In this document: piece by piece, positions 48,719 through 59,126 of the stretch | Numbering within the stretch: position 1 is the stretch's first letter | How the letters are laid out: each line of letters opens with the position of its first letter | DNA from: a virus | Taxonomy: Duplodnaviria > Caudoviricetes | Direction: 5' to 3' (one strand) | DNA length: 64,000 nt | IMG/VR virus record: IMGVR_UViG_3300020365_000010 | Location: 12,167 to 76,166 of that record | Translations under genes and position numbers: made by a program | The notes under the pieces: generated by a model | The model's database searches: none | The model's input: only the letters and a program-made list of their open reading frames with translations | What the model was told of the DNA's origin: nothing

Positions 48719-51700
48719 ATGGCAAATAGAATCCAACTTAGACGTGACGGTGCTCAGCAGTGGGCAAACGTCAACCCTATCCTTGCTCAAGGCGAGCTTG
48801 GTATCGAAATTGATACCTCGCGTCTTAAGATCGGGGATGGTGTTACAGCGTGGAACTCTCTCAAGTATGAGAGACCGCTTGAAACAGAATCAAATACCGC
48901 TAACACCCTGGTTAAACGGGATGCTGACGGTAACTTTGAAGCAGGTGCCATTACTGCTTCACTGATTGGTAACGCTGCAACTGCTACCCGTCTGGCAAAC
49001 GCTCGCCAGATCCAACTGGGTGGTGACATGTCTGGTAGCGGCACGTTTGATGGATCCTCAAACCTGACCATTACTGCAGAATTGAATTATGTGGTGGCAC
49101 TGCCCCACTACGATCCTACTGACCTAGACGCAACAGGCACCTATACTCGTATTACGGTTGACTCCCGTGGTCGTATTGTTGACGCTGACTCTCCTTCATC
49201 CCTGTCAGCGTATGGCATTTCAGACGCACAACCTCTGGATAGTGATCTGACCTCCCTGGCAAGTATGACAGGTTTCGGTCTGATTTCTCGTCAGGCTGAA
49301 GGCACTCTGGTTAACCGCACCGTCACTGGTGGTAGTGGTCGTATCATCGTCCAGAATGGTAACGGTCAGTCTTCTAACCCATTTATTGACCTGGCAGATA
49401 CCACGGTTGTGGTGGGTAAGTATAACCCCATTACAGCACAAGACCCTCTGGTCGATCCTCTGGTCAGTGCTACAACTGGTGAAGAGACCGTCAATACAGT
49501 CAACCTTCAAGTTGACAGATATGGTCGTCTGGTCTACGCTAATACCTCACCTATCGCTACAGCAAGGGAGGGCGCGAAAGCTGGCACATCTTTCACCACT
49601 TACGATAACGCTACTGCGTATCCTAGATTCAGCAAGATTATTGCATCTAATGGCAGAGTATATCAGGCTGCTATTCGGGGGATCCCAGCAGGACTCGGCG
49701 AACCTTCACACAACACCCAGCAAGGCGATACAGACGATCAGGGTGGATGGAGAGACCTGGGTACTGATGGAGTCGAGCAAAAGGGTGTTGCGAGTTTCGA
49801 CCAGGAAGACTTTGACGTAGACGCAAACGGTCACGTCACAATTAGTGAGAATGCAATTGAGAATTCTCAGATGCAATCTCATGGTCTGTTGATGTTTACT
49901 GACCAAAATGCAACAGAAACATTTGAGCTCGACCGCGAGCGCACGACTGATAATGCTTATCATGGCATTACCACCATTAACCACGTTAATGTTAATAACA
50001 GGACAGGGAGTAGCGTATTCCGTGTCACTGGTTACGATACTGCTGAGTATCCTTTCCAGCCTGGCATTCTGGACCAGGGCAATCCCTATCCTTCTGTTAA
50101 TGCTGACGACCCTAATGGTAACGGTGATGCAAACTGGGGATCGATTTACACTGGTCTTATTGACATTAACCTCGATACTACCATTGCTGGTAACATTACT
50201 CTTGATGTTACAAAAACCAACCAGTTTATTAAGCGAACGTCGGGTAATGTAGATTTCCACCTCGAAGTAAACGAGGCGGCAGATCGCAACATGAATATCA
50301 CCGCCAACAATGCTGATGCTGGCGGCACTGCAAATATCAATATCACTGCTGACAATGAGATCACGATCTCCAGCACTGACGCTGCATACTTTGTTAACGT
50401 AGAGGACTATAGATTCCAATACAACGTTCTGAGCACCCGTGACGCTACGATGGTGCTCGATCCAGGGGACGATGATGCAGCGACGGGTCTTGTGAGAGTC
50501 CGTGGTGACCTGCAGGTAGATGGCACCACAACCACTGTAAACTCAGTGGTCATGACTGTCCAAGACCCGATCATCACCCTGGGTGGTGAGGATACTCTTA
50601 CAGTTGATGACAATAAGGATCGCGGTATTGAGTTTAGATATTATGATACCCAAGAGAGATTCGGATTCTATGGTTGGGACGAAGATTACGCGGACGCTAA
50701 CATTTGGTCTGGCACTGGCGGGTATCGCTTCCTCTACAACGCGACTAACTCAAGCGAAGTTTATTCTGGCACTGACGCTGCTGTCATTGCTGGTAACCTC
50801 CGACTGACCACCAATACAGATTCCACTTGGAAGACACCCACAACAGGCACCCTGGTGGTGACTGGTGGTGCAGGTATCTCTGCCAACCTCAACGTTGGTG
50901 GCACTACCTACATCCAAGGTAATACTGAGATTGACGGCACTGTTGACATCGATGCCAACTTCGCAGTCAGGACTGCTGGTCATGTAGACAAAGTTACCAT
51001 CGAAAGTGCTACAGGTAACACTGTTATCGAAGGCACCCTGGATGTCCAACTTGAGACAGAAATTACTGACAACCTGATTGTCCGTGCTGACAATAAAGAA
51101 TTCCTGATCAAGAATGATGCAGGTGTAACTAAGTTTGTTGTTGACACTGACAATGGTAACAGCGTCATCAGTGGCACTGTTAATATCATTGGTGCAACTG
51201 ACATCGACGATACCCTCAATGTAGATGGTAACGTCACTCTGAATGCTGACTTCGACCTGGATGGCACAGCAACCTTCCACGACACTATCCACATGGATAC
51301 TGGTGCGAAGGAGTTTAAGATCTCTAACGGCGGTGCTCAGAAATTCCAAGTTTCGTCTACCAACGGTAACACTGACATCGAAGGTAGTTTGAATGTTGGT
51401 GGTTTCAATACCTTCGAGCGCACCAACAACATCGCAGTTGATGCGACCACCTCAGAATCTGACATTACCTTGGCAACCGATGGTGCTATCACCGTTGCTG
51501 GTGGTGTCAACATCGAGAAGGATGTAAGGATCGGTGGTGACCTCTACATGGACGACCGCATTGTCGTCAAGGATGCTGGCACTGCCCGCACCCGTCCTTC
51601 CCTGATGAATAACCTCGATGTCCTGTATCGTCAGGTCATCGGTGGCACTGCAGCACATAACGCAACCTTCGCTACTGATACAGGTGCAAACCTGAGAGTG

Positions 51701-54700
51701 ACTGGTGGTGTTGGTATTGCACAAGATCTGCACGTTGGTGACGACTTCTACATCGGTAAACTCAACACTAACGATACGGTTGAATTCAGTGTCCTGGGTG
51801 AGTCTGGTTTCACAACCATCGGTCGTGTGGGTCAGGGTAACGCTACTGACGGTGCTTTGGTTGTCCACGGTGATGCAACATTCAACCGTGAGTTGAATAT
51901 CACTGGTGCTCTGACGACTATTGGTGATTCCAATTCGGATGTATTTACAGTCAATGCTGTCTCCACCTTTACCGACAACGTAACTGTCGAAGGTAATCTG
52001 GAAGTTGATCAGAATGTGATCATCAACCAGAATCTCACAGTCCACGGCACAACCACTACCGTCAATTCTACGGTGGTTACTCTGGACGATCCTATCGTTA
52101 CTCTGGGTGGCGATACTGCTCCTGCATCTGACGATGGTAAGGACCGTGGTGTTGAATTCAGATATTACGATTCGACTGCTCGTGTTGGTTTCTTCGGTTG
52201 GGATAACTCAGCATCACGCTATGCTCTCTATCACAACGCTACCAATAGCAGTGAAGTATTCAACGGCACCAGATCTGGTCTGGATGCAGGTAGTGCTAAA
52301 TTCTTCGATACCACAAACTCCACCTCTGCTGCAACTGGCACACTGATTGTTGGTGGCGGTGCAGGATTCGGATTAACTGTTAACATAGGTCAGGACCTTT
52401 TCGTAACTAGAAATGTTGGTATCACTGGCAATACTGATATCACTGGCACTCTTGACGTTGCTGATGACTTCGCTGTATCTACGACCTTCACAGTCGATGC
52501 ACAGACTGGTAATACTTTCGCTAACGGTACATTCACTGTTAACGGCAACAGCACTATCGGTAATGCTGGCAGCGATGCTCATACGGTAAACGGCACAGTC
52601 CAGTTTAATCATGCAGTCACTGCTGCTGAGAGATTCAACATCAGAGACCTCAAGATTGGCACAGATGGATCTCGCGAGATCGGCACTCTGACTGGCAACC
52701 TCATCCTTGACTCCGCTGGCGGCACTGTCAATATCACAGATAATGCTGACGTAGACGGTAACCTCAATGTTGATGGCAATACACAGATTGATGGCACGCT
52801 CACGGTTGATGGCAACACAACTATCGGTAATGCTGCTGGGGATGCTCACAGCGTCACGGGTACTGTCACATTCAACCAAGCGATTACTTCCACCGACATC
52901 ACGGCGGACGCCATCAAGATCGGCGTTGACGGTGTATCAGAAATCTCAACCTCCGAAGGACCACTAATCCTTGATTCTGCAGCAGGATATGTAAGTATCA
53001 CAGACAGTGCTGAGATTGATCTCAACCTTACTGTGGATGGTAACACAACTCTTGGTAACGCTTCTGGCGATACTCTGACAGTTAATGCTACATCTACATT
53101 CAATGCTCCAATCACCTCTACTGACATCACTGCTGACTCTGTGCAGATCGGTGTCTCTGGTGCATCTGAGATTGATACCTCTGCTGGTAACCTGACACTG
53201 GATTCTACTGGTGGCACAGTCATCGTTGATGACAACCTCAACGTCTCTGGCAGCAGCATCTTCACGGGTCAGGTGACTGTCAACGACAGCATCATCATTG
53301 ACTCCACTAACGAAGCATTTATCATCAGATCATCTCTGGTTGATAAGTTTACTGTTGACTCTGACAACGGCAACACCTTCATCGCTGGCACAACTCAGAT
53401 CGAAGGTGCAACCACAATCAACGACAATGTTGATATCAATGGTAACTCTGATGTGTCTGGCACTCAGACCATCGGTGGTGTAACATCTATCACTGATAAC
53501 ACCAACGCATCAACTGGTAACAACTTCTCTTCCTCTGGTGCTCTGCGAGTTACTGGTGGTGCTTCGATTGCTAGAGATTTGGCAGTCGGTGGCGACATGC
53601 AAATCTATGGTGACTTTGAGGTAGACGGTAACGTCGTCCAGAAAGGTAACCAGGAATTCCGTGGTATCGTTGAATTCTCTAAGAATGAGACACCTTCCCG
53701 TCTGGTTGATAATGCAGCAATTGAAGTTACCAACGGTGGTATCACTGTTTATGAGGATTCTTTCTTCGGTGAAAACATCTACATCGGTCCTGACCAAAAC
53801 ACTAAGATCACTCTCTTCGGTGCTAATGGTAACGCTGTGTTTGATGGCACGGTTGAGGTTTCTACCCTCAGTGCTACCACAGGTAATATCGCTACGATCA
53901 ACACGACTTCTAACGTCAACGTTGGTGGATCGATTATCGTCAATACTAACAAGTTTATCGTCGCAGGTGCTTCTGGTAACACAGACATCGCTGGCACACT
54001 TGACGTTGCAGGTGCAACTGTAATTGATGACACCTTCAACGTAACTGGTGCAACCGATCTTGACAGCACTCTGAATGTTGATGGTGCTACTACATTCAAC
54101 GCTACTATTACTCAAAACAGCACGTCTCTCTTCAGAGACAATGTTGTAATCCGTGGTGCTTCTAAGGTCCTGCAACTGCAGAATGGTGCTAACATCACCA
54201 AGATTGAATTGCAGTCCACCACTGGTAACATCACTGCTGCTGGTCTGACTACAACAGGATCTCTGGATGTAACCAATAACACGACCATCGGTGGCACTCT
54301 GGGTGTTACAGGTCAGATTACTGGTAACGTCACTGGTGACCTGACAGGCACCGCAGATAAGTCGAATCTGGTTGATGTCACTGAGACAGCAACTTCTAAC
54401 CTGACTTACTATCCCACCTTTGTTTCTGCTAACAGCGGTTATACTGAGATTCGCACAGACTCTCAAAACCTGTCATACAACCCCAGCACCAACACGCTGA
54501 CGGTTGATAACTTCAAATCGGTTACTGACTTTGAGATTCAGGGTAACTTGAATGTTACTGGTGCGTTGACCTTCTTCCAGTCACAGGTTGGTAGTATTGC
54601 TAACCACGACACCGATGCTCTGTCAGAAGGCGTCACTAACCTCTACTTCACTAACGAGAGAGTCGATGATCGTGTTGCTGCACTGATCGATGGCGGCACA

Positions 54701-55687
54701 GGTATTTCGGCAACGTATAATGATGCTGGCAACCTGCTGTCCCTGGCAGTTGACTTTGGTGAGATTAACACCGATAACCTGACTGAGGGATCTAGCAACA
54801 GATTCTTCACCCAGGCAAGAGCAAGAAATGCCTTCACCTATGGCAATGGTATTGAGCATGATGGATCTGGTGGTCTGCAAGTTACTCAGGCAGATATCAA
54901 TACCGACAACATCACTGAAGGATCTACCAACCTCTTCATCACAGACGCTCGTGTCCGTAGTGCTCTGAGTGCTGGTGGTGATCTCAACTACAACGCTTCC
55001 ACGGGTGAATTCAGCATCAGTCAGTCCGATCTGAATGTTGATGACCTGATCTCCCTGACAGGTCGTGCTAACGGTGCTAGCCACCTGGCAGCATTCGGTG
55101 GCAGCACTATCTCTGACAACAACACCATCAAGGGTGCTCTGGGTGAGTTGGAGACCGCTGTTGAGGCAAGGGCACTTACCTCTTCTCTCTCCACGGTTGC
55201 CACCAGTGGTGCTTACACTGACCTGTCTGGTTTGCCCACACTGGGCACTGCTGCAGCAACTGCCGCTGCCGACTATGCAACTGCTGCACAGGGTGCTTTG
55301 GCAGATTCTGCCATCCAATCCTCTGACCTTGCTACTGTTGCTACCACTGGAGCGTATGCAGACCTGAGTGGCACACCTAGTCTTGGTGCTGTTGCTACCA
55401 GCAATGATTATAATGATCTTACTAATCTGCCTACACTCTTCTCGGGTGCATATGGAGATCTGACTGGACTGCCTACTCTCTTCTCTGGAGCATATGCAGA
55501 TCTGACTGGTAAACCCACCCTTGGCACTGCTGCAGCAACAGCAGCAACTGATTATGCAACTGCTGCACAAGGTGCCCTTGCAGACACCGCTCTACAGTCT
55601 GAGACAATTGATTTGGCAACTCTCAAAGCAGAGGTTGCTGCATCTGCTAACTTTGCTGACTTTAAGTCCCGTATCGCTGCTCTCTGA
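48719..55687 (+). CDS. long tail fibre protein, 2322 aa
   Basis: Mtd_N-like start RIQLRRDG..W...NPILAQGELGIEIDT..KIGDG; long GTLDVAG/LTVDGNTTIG repeat shaft; C-terminal repeats. Confidence 0.88.
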   Translation: MANRIQLRRDGAQQWANVNPILAQGELGIEIDTSRLKIGDGVTAWNSLKYERPLETESNTANTLVKRDADGNFEAGAITASLIGNAATATRLANARQIQLGGDMSGSGTFDGSSNLTITAELNYVVALPHYDPTDLDATGTYTRITVDSRGRIVDADSPSSLSAYGISDAQPLDSDLTSLASMTGFGLISRQAEGTLVNRTVTGGSGRIIVQNGNGQSSNPFIDLADTTVVVGKYNPITAQDPLVDPLVSATTGEETVNTVNLQVDRYGRLVYANTSPIATAREGAKAGTSFTTYDNATAYPRFSKIIASNGRVYQAAIRGIPAGLGEPSHNTQQGDTDDQGGWRDLGTDGVEQKGVASFDQEDFDVDANGHVTISENAIENSQMQSHGLLMFTDQNATETFELDRERTTDNAYHGITTINHVNVNNRTGSSVFRVTGYDTAEYPFQPGILDQGNPYPSVNADDPNGNGDANWGSIYTGLIDINLDTTIAGNITLDVTKTNQFIKRTSGNVDFHLEVNEAADRNMNITANNADAGGTANINITADNEITISSTDAAYFVNVEDYRFQYNVLSTRDATMVLDPGDDDAATGLVRVRGDLQVDGTTTTVNSVVMTVQDPIITLGGEDTLTVDDNKDRGIEFRYYDTQERFGFYGWDEDYADANIWSGTGGYRFLYNATNSSEVYSGTDAAVIAGNLRLTTNTDSTWKTPTTGTLVVTGGAGISANLNVGGTTYIQGNTEIDGTVDIDANFAVRTAGHVDKVTIESATGNTVIEGTLDVQLETEITDNLIVRADNKEFLIKNDAGVTKFVVDTDNGNSVISGTVNIIGATDIDDTLNVDGNVTLNADFDLDGTATFHDTIHMDTGAKEFKISNGGAQKFQVSSTNGNTDIEGSLNVGGFNTFERTNNIAVDATTSESDITLATDGAITVAGGVNIEKDVRIGGDLYMDDRIVVKDAGTARTRPSLMNNLDVLYRQVIGGTAAHNATFATDTGANLRVTGGVGIAQDLHVGDDFYIGKLNTNDTVEFSVLGESGFTTIGRVGQGNATDGALVVHGDATFNRELNITGALTTIGDSNSDVFTVNAVSTFTDNVTVEGNLEVDQNVIINQNLTVHGTTTTVNSTVVTLDDPIVTLGGDTAPASDDGKDRGVEFRYYDSTARVGFFGWDNSASRYALYHNATNSSEVFNGTRSGLDAGSAKFFDTTNSTSAATGTLIVGGGAGFGLTVNIGQDLFVTRNVGITGNTDITGTLDVADDFAVSTTFTVDAQTGNTFANGTFTVNGNSTIGNAGSDAHTVNGTVQFNHAVTAAERFNIRDLKIGTDGSREIGTLTGNLILDSAGGTVNITDNADVDGNLNVDGNTQIDGTLTVDGNTTIGNAAGDAHSVTGTVTFNQAITSTDITADAIKIGVDGVSEISTSEGPLILDSAAGYVSITDSAEIDLNLTVDGNTTLGNASGDTLTVNATSTFNAPITSTDITADSVQIGVSGASEIDTSAGNLTLDSTGGTVIVDDNLNVSGSSIFTGQVTVNDSIIIDSTNEAFIIRSSLVDKFTVDSDNGNTFIAGTTQIEGATTINDNVDINGNSDVSGTQTIGGVTSITDNTNASTGNNFSSSGALRVTGGASIARDLAVGGDMQIYGDFEVDGNVVQKGNQEFRGIVEFSKNETPSRLVDNAAIEVTNGGITVYEDSFFGENIYIGPDQNTKITLFGANGNAVFDGTVEVSTLSATTGNIATINTTSNVNVGGSIIVNTNKFIVAGASGNTDIAGTLDVAGATVIDDTFNVTGATDLDSTLNVDGATTFNATITQNSTSLFRDNVVIRGASKVLQLQNGANITKIELQSTTGNITAAGLTTTGSLDVTNNTTIGGTLGVTGQITGNVTGDLTGTADKSNLVDVTETATSNLTYYPTFVSANSGYTEIRTDSQNLSYNPSTNTLTVDNFKSVTDFEIQGNLNVTGALTFFQSQVGSIANHDTDALSEGVTNLYFTNERVDDRVAALIDGGTGISATYNDAGNLLSLAVDFGEINTDNLTEGSSNRFFTQARARNAFTYGNGIEHDGSGGLQVTQADINTDNITEGSTNLFITDARVRSALSAGGDLNYNASTGEFSISQSDLNVDDLISLTGRANGASHLAAFGGSTISDNNTIKGALGELETAVEARALTSSLSTVATSGAYTDLSGLPTLGTAAATAAADYATAAQGALADSAIQSSDLATVATTGAYADLSGTPSLGAVATSNDYNDLTNLPTLFSGAYGDLTGLPTLFSGAYADLTGKPTLGTAAATAATDYATAAQGALADTALQSETIDLATLKAEVAASANFADFKSRIAAL
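55190..55600 (+). repeat. coding tandem repeats at fibre C-terminus (VATSGAYxDLxGxPTL; LGTAAATAAxDYATAAQGALAD twice)
   Basis: Visible at protein and DNA level (about 55243 vs 55520). Confidence 0.85.
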
Positions 55688-55693
55688 TAACTA

Positions 55694-56494
55694 ATGGCAA
55701 CTCTAACCTCCCAAGCTGAATTGGCGGCGTATTGCAAGCGCCGCCTGGGTGATCCTGTCGTCGAAGTAAACGTCTCCGACGATCAAGTTAATGATGCTAT
55801 CGAATACACTCTGCAAAAATTCCAACAGTTTCACTACGATGGATGTGAGCGTGTATACCTGAAGCACCTGATCACTCAGGACGTTGTTGATCGTGCCAAG
55901 TTATCTACCCAGACGACTGCTAAGGCAGGCACTGACCTCTGGAAAGAAGGTAATGGGTATATTGAAGTCCCTGATCATATTCTTGCTATTGAAGGACTCT
56001 TCTCATACACAGATAAAGGATCGTCAAACATCTTTGACATTCGTTATCAGATGAGACTGAATGACTTGTATGACTTCACGTCTACACAGTTTTATCATTA
56101 TTACATGATCAAGCAGCACCTGGAGACTATTGATTTCCTCCTGGAAGGCATGAGACCTATTCGTTATCATGCTGTGCAAGATCGTCTCTACATTGATTGG
56201 GATTGGCCAGCAGATGCTCTGGTAGGTCAGTATGTTGTGATCAAGGCATACCGTGCTCTCGATCCTACAACCTGGAATGAGATTTATAATCAGTTGTGGG
56301 TCAAGGACTATGCAACTGCAAAGATCAAAAAGCAATGGGGCACAAACCTCACCAAGTTTAACGGTGTCCAGATGCCTGGTGGTATCACACTGAATGGTGA
56401 GATGATTTACAACGATGCTGTCAACGAGCTCAAGGAGCTTGACGAGCAACTCCGCACCCAATGGGAGCTTCCACCTCTGGACATGATTGGCTGA
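55694..56494 (+). CDS. g13: neck protein gp13
   Basis: YCKRRLGDPVVEVNV, WVKDYATAKIKKQWGTNLTKFNGVQMPGGITLNG. Confidence 0.95.
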   Translation: MATLTSQAELAAYCKRRLGDPVVEVNVSDDQVNDAIEYTLQKFQQFHYDGCERVYLKHLITQDVVDRAKLSTQTTAKAGTDLWKEGNGYIEVPDHILAIEGLFSYTDKGSSNIFDIRYQMRLNDLYDFTSTQFYHYYMIKQHLETIDFLLEGMRPIRYHAVQDRLYIDWDWPADALVGQYVVIKAYRALDPTTWNEIYNQLWVKDYATAKIKKQWGTNLTKFNGVQMPGGITLNGEMIYNDAVNELKELDEQLRTQWELPPLDMIG

Positions 56495-56495
56495 T

Positions 56496-57608
56496 ATGGC
56501 ACTCAATCCTTTCTTCACTCAAGGCACTACAGGTGAGCAGAATCTGCAAGAGAGTCTGGTCATCGAGCAGATCAAGATGTTTGGGAAAAACGTATACTAC
56601 GTCCCACGCACCTTGGTCAAGGAGGACACTGTATTTACAGAAGATACTCTGTCAGAATTTAATGATGCATTTGAGATCGAAGCATACATCGAAGATGCTT
56701 CAGGTTTCCGTGGTGACGGAGATATGTTTAGTAAGTTTGGGGTGAGGATCTCTGATCAATGCACCTTTGTCATTTCTAGAAAAAGATTTACTGAGGCAGT
56801 GGATGATAACACCACGCTCATCGTAGAAGGTAGACCTAACGAGGGTGATTTGATTCACTTCCCTCTGGCAAACAAGACCTTCGAGATTCAGTATGTGGAG
56901 CATGAAGTCCCTTTCTTCCAGTTGGGTAAGATTCATACTTGGGGTCTTCGCTGTGAGCTGTTTGAATACAGCGACGAGGACATCGATACTGGTATTGCAG
57001 AGATCGATGCTATCCAAACAAACTTTGCTGCATCTATTAAACTCATCATGGATCCTGGTGGCACAGGAGACTTCCAAGTTGGCGAAGAGATTGTTGGTGA
57101 CTTGTATCGTGCCACGGCAACAGCAACTATTGACGGTGGAGCAGTTAATGCAATCACTGTCACTGACGGCGGTAACCACTACACCAGTGCTCTGCCACCC
57201 ACAGTGACTATCACTGGAGGAGGCGGGACAGGTGCTACAGCGACTGCTACGGTTGACTCTCTTGGTCTTGTCACTGCTATATCTATCACAAGTGGCGGCA
57301 GTGGGTATACTTCTGCACCAACTGTCGTCATTGACTACTCCCCCAAAGATAACAGAGCAGAAGTCAAGTCCTGGAATAGTGCAACCCGTGCCCTAGAGGT
57401 CATCAATCGCTCTGGCACATTCAATACTGGTGAGACTGTCAAGGGTCTGACCTCAGGTGCTCTCTGGAGTCCTGAGACTTACAATACACTAAATAATACT
57501 AACCTCAGTGATACCGTCGATCAAAACTTCAACATCGAGTCTGAAGCAGATGATATCCTTGACTTTACTGAGACAAATCCCTTTGGCGAATTTGGTGACG
57601 CAGACTGA
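56496..57608 (+). CDS. g14: neck protein gp14 with inserted G-x-G-Y module
   Basis: EQIKMFGKNVYYVPR, RPNEGDLIHFP, FEIQYVEHEVPFFQLGK; DFTETNPFG. Confidence 0.95.
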   Translation: MALNPFFTQGTTGEQNLQESLVIEQIKMFGKNVYYVPRTLVKEDTVFTEDTLSEFNDAFEIEAYIEDASGFRGDGDMFSKFGVRISDQCTFVISRKRFTEAVDDNTTLIVEGRPNEGDLIHFPLANKTFEIQYVEHEVPFFQLGKIHTWGLRCELFEYSDEDIDTGIAEIDAIQTNFAASIKLIMDPGGTGDFQVGEEIVGDLYRATATATIDGGAVNAITVTDGGNHYTSALPPTVTITGGGGTGATATATVDSLGLVTAISITSGGSGYTSAPTVVIDYSPKDNRAEVKSWNSATRALEVINRSGTFNTGETVKGLTSGALWSPETYNTLNNTNLSDTVDQNFNIESEADDILDFTETNPFGEFGDAD

Positions 57609-58420
57609 TGTTAGGCACTTACTCATACCACGAAATCATTAAGAAGACAGTTGTCGGATTCGGCACACTGTTTAACAACATTGAGCTTCGTCGCACAGAC
57701 AATGCTGGTAATGTTGAAGAGGTCATGAAGGTGCCTCTGGCATACGGTCCTAAGCAGAAGTTTCTTGCAAGACTTCGCCAAGTTGGTGATCTGACTACCA
57801 AGGATCAAGTGCAGATCACTCTGCCTAGAATCTCGTTTGAGATCAATGGCATTTCCTATGATCCCACTCGGAAAGTATCTCCCACTCAATACATCAGAAA
57901 CACAGCTGATAACGGGAAGCAGGTCAAGATGTTTGCACCTATTCCCTACAACATCAACTTTGAGTTGGCGATCCTCGCTAAAAACCAGGATGATTCGTTG
58001 CAGATCCTGGAGCAAATTCTTCCATATTTCCAACCCAGTTTCAATATCACAATGACACTGGTGCCTGAGTTGGGTGACAAAAAAGATTATCCAGTCACAC
58101 TCACGTCGGTAGATTACCAGGATGAGTATGAGGGTGATTATGACACACGTCGCACGCTGATTTATACCTTACAGTTTGTTGCCAAGACCTATCTCTACGG
58201 TCCTGTCAATGACTCTACCAATGAGGTTATCAAGAAAGCGATTGTGGATTACTCCACCTCAATGGATGTCCAGAATGCTCCTCGTGAGGTGCGTTACACA
58301 GTCCAACCCGATCCTATTACAGCGGATGCTGGTGACGACTTTGGTTTCAATGAAATGACGAGTTACTTTACCGATGCAAAACAATACAACCCCGTCACAG
58401 GACAAGACGAAGACGTTTGA
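57608..58420 (+). CDS. g15: tail sheath stabiliser/terminator gp15
   Basis: GTLFNNIE, KVPLAYGPKQKFL, LPRISFE, QILPYFQP. Confidence 0.95.
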   Translation: MLGTYSYHEIIKKTVVGFGTLFNNIELRRTDNAGNVEEVMKVPLAYGPKQKFLARLRQVGDLTTKDQVQITLPRISFEINGISYDPTRKVSPTQYIRNTADNGKQVKMFAPIPYNINFELAILAKNQDDSLQILEQILPYFQPSFNITMTLVPELGDKKDYPVTLTSVDYQDEYEGDYDTRRTLIYTLQFVAKTYLYGPVNDSTNEVIKKAIVDYSTSMDVQNAPREVRYTVQPDPITADAGDDFGFNEMTSYFTDAKQYNPVTGQDEDV

Positions 58421-58823
58421 TGGCATTGAGGATGCTATGGATGTAGAGACGGAAGTCGTCCCTGCAGAGCCAGCACCTCTTGCTAAAGCGGAAGAGATTG
58501 TTACTTCTACGAAGGAGCAACTCAAGAAAGACTATGAATACACTCGTGGCAACCTCTACTCACTGATCGAGAAGGGTCAGGAAGCAGTAGATGGTATCCT
58601 TGAGTTGGCACAGGAATCCGATCAACCTCGTGCTTTTGAAGTTGCTGGACAGTTGATCAAGCACGTCGGTGACGTAGCAGACAAACTGGTGGACCTTCAG
58701 AAGAAGGTTGCCGAAATCGAAAACCCCAAGAAAACAAAAGAGGTCAACACTACAAACAATACTATGTTTGTTGGTAGCACTGCGGATCTCGCTAAGTTTC
58801 TAAAGTCCCAACAAGATAAATAA
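58374..58823 (+). CDS. g16: terminase small subunit gp16 (start uncertain: 58374, 58407 or 58437)
   Basis: DYEYTRGNLYSLIEKGQEA, PRAFEVAGQLIK, NNTMFVGSTADL; follows g15. Confidence 0.92.
   Translation: MQNNTTPSQDKTKTFDGIEDAMDVETEVVPAEPAPLAKAEEIVTSTKEQLKKDYEYTRGNLYSLIEKGQEAVDGILELAQESDQPRAFEVAGQLIKHVGDVADKLVDLQKKVAEIENPKKTKEVNTTNNTMFVGSTADLAKFLKSQQDK
58816..58822 (+). promoter_or_regulatory. late promoter ATAAATA
   Basis: Overlaps g16 stop; upstream of 58847 gene with AGGAG RBS. Confidence 0.6.
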
Positions 58824-58846
58824 CATAGTAGGAGTAAGTATTACCC

Positions 58847-59125
58847 ATGTCACGAAGAATTATTGTACAAGCGACGGAGGTGACCCTCACAGGCACTGGC
58901 GATAACTTGAGTAGTGCTCGTCAAGTCCGAGTGTTGAATGACACTGCAGCATCTATTGTGCTGACTATTGACGATGCTGCACAGGCTGCTGCTCGCACTG
59001 ATTACAACACCCTGGGATCTCGCTCTATCACTATCGCTGCTGGCGAAGAGATCTTCCTTGAGAAGGAGCCTCTTGAGGTAGTTAGCGGTGCTGGTCTCAA
59101 GGCGACTCCAGTAGCACGTCAGTGA
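58847..59125 (+). CDS. hypothetical protein, 92 aa
   Basis: ORF track; good RBS; beta-rich. Confidence 0.8.
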   Translation: MSRRIIVQATEVTLTGTGDNLSSARQVRVLNDTAASIVLTIDDAAQAAARTDYNTLGSRSITIAAGEEIFLEKEPLEVVSGAGLKATPVARQ

Positions 59126-59126
59126 T

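Noticed and set aside
55190-55600. Spaced direct repeats resembling a CRISPR array
   Set aside because: In-frame coding repeats, degenerate at third positions, no cas genes
48719-55687. Possible diversity-generating retroelement suggested by the Mtd_N-like domain
   Set aside because: No reverse transcriptase in the window and no template/variable repeat pair differing only at adenines; the C-terminal repeats differ at synonymous positions of all bases
48744-55737. Overlapping ORFs within the fibre gene (e.g. 53510..54466, 54623..55570)
   Set aside because: Antisense shadows of repetitive codons; Ser/Cys-rich nonsense translations
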